Assembly (NCBI GenBank): GCA_049647085.1
Contig: JBARXA010000018.1
Coordinates: 25,677 to 89,676 of the forward strand
Source of the DNA: Candidatus Humimicrobiia bacterium
GTDB lineage: Bacteria > Actinomycetota > Humimicrobiia > JAHJRV01
Reading direction: 5' to 3'
Length of the DNA stretch: 64,000 bases
A program made the translations under genes and the position numbers. How positions within the stretch are numbered: the stretch's first letter is position 1; every line of letters starts with the position of its first letter. The notes under the pieces are model-generated. The model did not search any database, was not told where the DNA came from, and was given only the letters and a program-made list of their open reading frames with translations. This document shows, one piece after another, positions 59,125 through 64,000 of this stretch.

Positions 59125-59312
59125 ATAATTTAATAATTAATTATATCAAAAACTTGAGAAAGATCATAAACTGGGGCATCCCAGTAGTAGAACAGAATTT
59201 ACTACAGGGTAAGAAGCTCGATTCAAGGCATGCTCTCTCAGGAAAAACCCCTTTGATTTTCTCTAAAGGATTAAAGCTTACTGTGGCTTTGGGGTAGGTG
59301 GGCGAACGTAGT

Positions 59313-59729
59313 TCAGAATCTGATATGTTTCTCTAAAAATCGAAAACACGTTCCAATGCCAACAGCGATTAAAAATGAAATAATTACCCTATATACAAAA
59401 AAGATGATTCCAAAATATTCTACTTCTAAAAATAAACGCATCGGGCCTACTAAAGTTTGGCCTGTTATGAAAGAGACGATTATACTGAGTGGCAACCCCT
59501 TTTCGTTCAATACCTTCAAAAGAGGGAGATAAGCAGCTAATGGTCCTGGTGTTGCTATGCCTATACCTGAAGCCCTTATTATGTTTCTTCCCTTTTCTTT
59601 GAGAATCTTTTCTCTCATATCCTTTGGGATATATGAACCGATAATTTGGGCTGTCACAATGGCAACTATTAAAATTGGTAAAAACTTCAAAAAATTCGCT
59701 AAAGTTAAATAAATTATGTTAGTTATCAT
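59313..59729 (-). CDS. half-size polytopic membrane protein (predicted permease, DUF318/YraQ-like C-terminal half)
   Basis: Four predicted TM helices are present. It overlaps the upstream partner by 4 nt. Confidence 0.4.
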   Translation of the reverse strand: MITNIIYLTLANFLKFLPILIVAIVTAQIIGSYIPKDMREKILKEKGRNIIRASGIGIATPGPLAAYLPLLKVLNEKGLPLSIIVSFITGQTLVGPMRLFLEVEYFGIIFFVYRVIISFLIAVGIGTCFRFLEKHIRF

Positions 59730-60154
59730 AATAATACCTCAATTAAAAATCCTCCTACAATTACGAATATCGTGCACAAGACTAACCTCGTCAAAAAGGA
59801 TTTCAACCCGAAGTATTTTAGCTCCATAATATCCCTATCAAGAGACCCAAAAATGACCTCCCCTGAGATCAAAGCAAAAATCACCCCAATGCTTGCCCCT
59901 TTCATAAACAAAGTAAAGGCTATAGGATATGTAGCATACCTTGGAATGGGAAGAACGATACCAATAACTGCGGCCAAGGGTATTGCCAAAAGTAAATTTT
60001 TCCCTAATAAACTAGTGATAATTTGGTCTGGTATGTAGAGTTCTAGCAATACGCCTATTAAGATGGCGATAAAGAATAAAGGAAAAATGGTTTTCATCTC
60101 TTTCAAGGAACTTCTATAGATTTCTTTAATCTGTTTTTTTGATAATTTTTTCAT
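59726..60154 (-). CDS. half-size polytopic membrane protein (predicted permease, N-terminal half)
   Basis: Four predicted TM helices are present. It pairs with the 59313-59729 gene, consistent with a split two-piece permease. Confidence 0.4.
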   Translation of the reverse strand: MKKLSKKQIKEIYRSSLKEMKTIFPLFFIAILIGVLLELYIPDQIITSLLGKNLLLAIPLAAVIGIVLPIPRYATYPIAFTLFMKGASIGVIFALISGEVIFGSLDRDIMELKYFGLKSFLTRLVLCTIFVIVGGFLIEVLL

Positions 60155-60251
60155 CTAAATTGGCTCTTAAAAATTTTCTTAATCACTTTTGTCAGTCTAA
60201 CTCATTTTCGGAATTTTATCAATTGTGTGAAATTCCTTAAACCTTAATTTT

Positions 60252-60294
60252 GGGTTCAAAATAGGGAAAGGGCGGACTGCTAAGCAGGGCGCCC
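60252..60294 (-). terminator. GC-rich terminator-like hairpin in 5' leader of the permease pair (candidate attenuator/riboswitch expression platform)
   Basis: The minus strand reads GGGCGCC-CTGC-tta-GCAG-tc-CGCCC followed by TTTCCCTATTTTG. It lies about 100-140 nt upstream of the permease ATG. It is strikingly GC-rich against the AT-rich background. Confidence 0.4.
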
Positions 60295-60731
60295 GAGCCA
60301 ATCAACTAAACCAATAAAAATATATATAGTCGGGAGGAAGGTTTTTAGCCTTTTAAATTCCTCTTTTTGGATTGATGAATAAGATTTGGTAGGACAATAG
60401 AGAAAGTCAGCCAGTATTCAATCTGGCTGGGGATAGTAGACACATTAAGAACTATTTATTTTAAGGATATAATTAGTCACACTCCAGAAATAAAAACATT
60501 TAAAGAACAATATTCCTTTTAAATATTGTAATACATATTAAAGGGTAGGGGATATTAAAAAGCTACAGACTTTAATCCTCTAAACCGCGGGATAGGTTCG
60601 CTTTAATTTTCGGGAAATTAACATTTCAATTTTTTAGCCTTAAATTTTAAAAATAGGCACGAAATTTTTAACAAAAATCGCTATAAAATCAATGTTTTTT
60701 AACGAAAATAGATAAAAAAGGGTAAATAATT

Positions 60732-61184
60732 ATGAGAGGCAGAAAACCAAAGCCTGTAAATTTAAAAATTTTAGAAGGAAATCCAGGCAAAAGACCGTTA
60801 AATTTAAATGAACCAAAACCTCTACAAATAGCTCCAGAATGTCCAGATTGGTTACTTGATGAAGCAAAGAAAGAATGGAATAGGCTTGCTCCAGAATTAG
60901 AAAGGCTTGGATTACTTACAATTGTTGATGAAATGGCTTTTGCAGGACTTTGCCAGAATTACGCAATATATATTGAGATAGAGAAATACCTTGAGGAAAA
61001 TGGAAGAGTAATGAAAACAGAAAGTGGAACTGTCAAATCACGACCAGAAGTTTATATTGCAAACAATGCACTAAAATTTGTTAGATCTTTCGCATCAGAA
61101 TTCGGATTAACACCATCTTCACGGGGAAGGATAAGTTTACCAAGTGAGTTAATAGATGATGAATTTGAAAAATTACTTGATTGA
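60732..61184 (+). CDS. phage terminase small subunit, P27 family
   Basis: The N-terminus MRGRKPKPVNLKILEGNPGKRPLN is the diagnostic P27-family start. The length is 150 aa. Confidence 0.75.
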   Translation: MRGRKPKPVNLKILEGNPGKRPLNLNEPKPLQIAPECPDWLLDEAKKEWNRLAPELERLGLLTIVDEMAFAGLCQNYAIYIEIEKYLEENGRVMKTESGTVKSRPEVYIANNALKFVRSFASEFGLTPSSRGRISLPSELIDDEFEKLLD

Positions 61185-61287
61185 TAAATGTTTAATGAAG
61201 AAAAAGTAAAAAGAGTTAAAAAATTTATTGAAAGGTAAATTATCTCTTATGATCTTAATTTTCAATTTATTTAAACTCTTTTAATAG

Positions 61288-61686
61288 ATAAAAAGGATAG
61301 AAGATTTAAACAGTCGAGGGATAAAGAATGAAATTATAGACAAGTATAAAATAGGCTATACTAAATTTTATGGTAAAAACTGGATTACTTATCCCACTAA
61401 AAATAAAAAGGGTAAATATATCTTCTTTAAATTAAGAGAATATCCAGAAACTGGTAATTCCAAAATAACCTATCCCAAAGGTAAGGAAGCTCAAATCTAT
61501 GACTGGCAGATGTTAGAAGAATGCTATGACTTCATTGTAATATGTGAAGGAGAACCAGATAGACTTTCACTTATATCAAAGTTTATACCAGCAGTAACCT
61601 CTACACATGGTGTGGCCACTGCATGCAATGTTAGAATCGCAATAATGACTTCAAGGGAAGAAATTTTTATCCCAAAGTTGATTTTT
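61288..61686 (+). pseudogene. primase fragment with TOPRIM motif, no start codon (phage/plasmid primase remnant)
   Basis: An open frame of 133 codons runs from a TAG to TAA without an ATG. ...GYTKFYGKNWITYP...YDFIVICEGEPDRLSLISKFIPAVTSTHG carries the TOPRIM E-x-E-G-x2-D-x2-S-L motif. The downstream DxD is missing. Confidence 0.45.
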
Positions 61687-61772
61687 TAAATCACTTCTAC
61701 TATGATAACTTCAATACTAACTTTAAAATTTATAATGAAATAATAACAATTATTTTAAGGATTTGATTTGAA

Positions 61773-62192
61773 ATGTTAGAAAATCTTTTCTTTATACTCG
61801 GGATTATAAATAATCTATTTTTAATTTTCATCTTTCTGCTTCGAAATAAAATAGCTATCTTACAGCGTATCGGGTGGATTTATTTACTTTTGGCGATTCC
61901 AGCAGTTTATGGAATTTTCTTGGTTGTAAAGGAACATAAAGCAGTCCAATATAGTATATTCCTGGGTATATTCTTGGCATTTTTAGCCATAGAAGGTTTA
62001 TATGATTTTGTTTTAAAAATTCCTTTCCGAGAAAATTGGAATTGGAAATTATTAACTCCCTATTTAATTCTTTATTATGCGGGGAGCTATGGATTTGTGG
62101 TGATGGTTTGGAAAACATCTTTGATGCGTGGGGTTATAATGCTTAGCCTTGTTATCATCCAAATAATAGTAAATATAATCACGCATACCTAA
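61773..62192 (+). CDS. hypothetical membrane protein (4 TM helices)
   Basis: It is hydrophobic throughout. No recognised motif is present. Confidence 0.4.
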   Translation: MLENLFFILGIINNLFLIFIFLLRNKIAILQRIGWIYLLLAIPAVYGIFLVVKEHKAVQYSIFLGIFLAFLAIEGLYDFVLKIPFRENWNWKLLTPYLILYYAGSYGFVVMVWKTSLMRGVIMLSLVIIQIIVNIITHT

Positions 62193-62359
62193 AAATCACA
62201 GTCTAAAAAAATTAAATTACTAGAAGAGCAATTAACATACCAGAGATCTAGCTGGATTAAAAAACTATTTAGAAGATAACTAATTTATACGTTATAAAAT
62301 ATTTAAATAATAGTTTACTTCTTTATTAATGTTTTGTTTATGGAGGATATAGGTGTTAT

Positions 62360-63091
62360 TTGATAACGTTTTTAATAAAGCTAAATGGCGTGATAAGGAT
62401 CCATCATGGCCTGTATGGAAAGACCATAAAGAAGAAACAAATAAATGGCTTAAATTTATTGAAAAAGAATCAATTGAAAAGATATAAATCTCGTCTTAAC
62501 AGTTCACGACCTAAACAGCGTGATGAAGCAATTAATGAGATAATGGCAGTCTACATAATGGAGACTAAGTTAAAATACCCTGTTATCCATTGGGAAGAAA
62601 AAACTATTAGCAAATACGATGTTGATTTTGTTATTCTTAATGGTGATGATAATATTTACTGTGAAGTAAAAACACTCACCTGGCAAAGTGAACTAACTCA
62701 GAAAGAGCGTTTGGGTGATAGAAAAGACCTACCTAAATATATACATGCAGAAGGTCATTGGGTTGCACCTTGGCAAAATATTCGTCATGCACTCTATAAA
62801 TCGGTACCAAAATTCTTACCAAATTGTATGAATTTAGTAATTCTTATACCAGATTTATTTTATTTCCCTTCCATTAATTCAAAGAAGAGTATAAATCTAG
62901 ATATAGATATAGCATTGCATGAGGATAATGGAGTATATAATAATGAAAAAGGCTATTTTGTAAATAAAGATTATGAGAATATTGGAGGAATTCTTATTTT
63001 AAAATGTAAGCTAAGGTCTTTTCCTTCTAGAATTGAACATAAGTATAAATTTTTTGCAAATGAATATGCAAAAAAACCTTTTTCAATATAA
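62360..63091 (+). CDS. hypothetical protein, possible PD-(D/E)xK nuclease fold; N-terminus probably frameshifted
   Basis: DVDFVILNGDDNIYCEVKT resembles a D...(D/E)xK core. The first ~45 codons look non-protein-like, and a clean 44-codon ORF (GTG 62353-62487) occupies the -1 frame. Confidence 0.35.
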   Translation: MITFLIKLNGVIRIHHGLYGKTIKKKQINGLNLLKKNQLKRYKSRLNSSRPKQRDEAINEIMAVYIMETKLKYPVIHWEEKTISKYDVDFVILNGDDNIYCEVKTLTWQSELTQKERLGDRKDLPKYIHAEGHWVAPWQNIRHALYKSVPKFLPNCMNLVILIPDLFYFPSINSKKSINLDIDIALHEDNGVYNNEKGYFVNKDYENIGGILILKCKLRSFPSRIEHKYKFFANEYAKKPFSI

Positions 63092-63796
63092 ACATAGTAA
63101 TGCTTTACTATTCACTTTATGAAAATATTGAGAAGTATATTTAAGTTCTAGATAAAAAAGGTTTGCTGTCAAGATGAGCTTTTTTATTTCCTTATAAAAT
63201 ACCCTTTCCTATAAGAAATATTACCTATAACAACCCTGAAACTATCTTAAAACCGTAAAAAGTGTAGAAAAATAAAAATAAACAAAAAGCGGAGGAGTAA
63301 CTAGAAACCACCCCCTAAATTTAGCGATTATTATGGTCTTTTTGTATATGCATATTCAGTATTTTTATTATTTTATATATATCTTTATATACAATTGATA
63401 TATACATTTTTTAAATTATTCTTAATGTCTATAAGATAAAAATATAAAAATTTTTATGTATATTAGCGATAGCAATAAAGGTATTTTAATAATAAAAGCG
63501 AAGAGGGAATCTGATTCTCAATTTATTTAAAGTTTTTTAAAGATCTCTTAAGAGAATAACCTCCCCCGATTAATTTGTTAAAGCGATGCAACAAAAAATT
63601 TAAAGGTTATAGAAATGCTAATATTTTATAGTTTATCGATTTTTATTTAGAAATTTGTTTTTTAGCATTAAAAAAGATATAATGTCAACCTTGAAGTATT
63701 AGTCAAAATGCTCACTTTGGAGCAAAATATAAAAATACAAAAGTATTTATATTGAATTAATAACAATATTTTTATTAAAAAGAAAGGAAGTTAACT

Positions 63797-64000
63797 ATGA
63801 AAATTAAAATTTTAAGATTGATGAGTTTAATCATTATCATGGTAAGCTTGCTTTTGGTAATCAGTTGTACTACTGTCGGTGAATTGCGTACTGAGTATCA
63901 ATCAGTTGGTCTAGATAATGCTGAGTATGTCCGAACTGAAATCACAATGGGTGCTGGAGAATTGAAGGTAGCTGGTGGGGCAGGTGAATTGTTAGAAGCT
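63797..64000 (+). CDS. lipoprotein, N-terminal fragment (3' end outside the window)
   Basis: MKIKILRLMSLIIIMVSLLLVISC is a signal peptide with a lipobox LVISC. An RBS AAAGGAAG lies upstream. Confidence 0.45.
   Translation, partial: MKIKILRLMSLIIIMVSLLLVISCTTVGELRTEYQSVGLDNAEYVRTEITMGAGELKVAGGAGELLEA

Noticed and set aside
60330-60365. SRP RNA-like GUCGGGAGGAAGG segment.
   Set aside because: It does not match the conserved AGGUCCGGAAGGAAGCAGC domain IV. No flanking helix 5/8 pairing partners are present.
1371-61855. About 45 short ORFs (60-150 aa) in the six-frame track lying antisense to or overlapping inside confidently assigned genes. Examples: 1371-1574(-), 3901-4215(-), 13812-14105(-), 16785-17246(-), 23713-23976(+), 32189-32542(-), 38184-38585(+), 44955-45275(-), 52440-52637(+), 61855-62118(-).
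   Set aside because: They are fully embedded in longer ORFs with clear homology. Their compositions are low-complexity (F/L/I/S-rich), typical of antisense frames in AT-rich DNA. None has an RBS.
1-64000. CRISPR arrays or rRNA genes.
   Set aside because: No regularly spaced 25-40-nt direct repeats and no rRNA-like conserved segments were found on either strand.

Overview
This 64 kb window is AT-rich (roughly 30% GC) and almost fully coding. Its backbone is a housekeeping block in a Bacillus/Clostridium-type order: metG-rsmA(ksgA)-veg-ispE-[NTP-transferase]-glmU-prs-ctc-pth-mfd-mazG-pyk-divIC/ftsB-like. Around this backbone sit metabolic islands typical of an anaerobic amino-acid fermenter. 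(1) A complete methylaspartate-pathway operon for glutamate fermentation (glutamate mutase glmS-glmL-glmE plus methylaspartate ammonia-lyase), followed on the same strand by gcvH-gcvPA-gcvPB, with no separate gcvT. (2) Divergently from that operon, a minus-strand cluster of a SucC-like and a SucD-like NDP-forming acyl-CoA synthetase pair, a small 2[4Fe-4S] ferredoxin and a short citrate-synthase-fold protein. This resembles the two-step citryl-CoA synthetase/citryl-CoA lyase system. (3) The most unusual object is a single 1340-aa ORF (51980-56002, minus strand). It fuses a full serine hydroxymethyltransferase to two tandem aminomethyltransferase (GcvT) modules: the first is degenerate and lacks its C-terminal barrel, the second is complete. 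I have not seen this architecture before, and it may supply the missing GcvT of the adjacent glycine-cleavage genes. (4) A sulfur/selenium-trafficking neighbourhood contains a ThiF/MoeB E1-like protein, a thioredoxin-CcdA fusion, a truncated LysR regulator, a TusA-like protein, Cys-type SelD and an alanine-racemase-fold protein. (5) tdh-kbl (threonine to glycine plus acetyl-CoA), a DUF362-ApgM-IscU trio, lon, nfi, dtd and rlmN are also present. (6) Near the 3' end lies a degraded phage remnant: a P27-family small terminase, a TOPRIM primase fragment without a start codon, and an apparently frameshifted PD-(D/E)xK-like gene. There are two tRNAs (Leu-TAA, Glu-CTC) and two families of short dispersed or palindromic intergenic repeats. 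There is no rRNA and no CRISPR. Self-computed coordinates for tRNAs, repeats and hairpins may be off by 1-2 nt.
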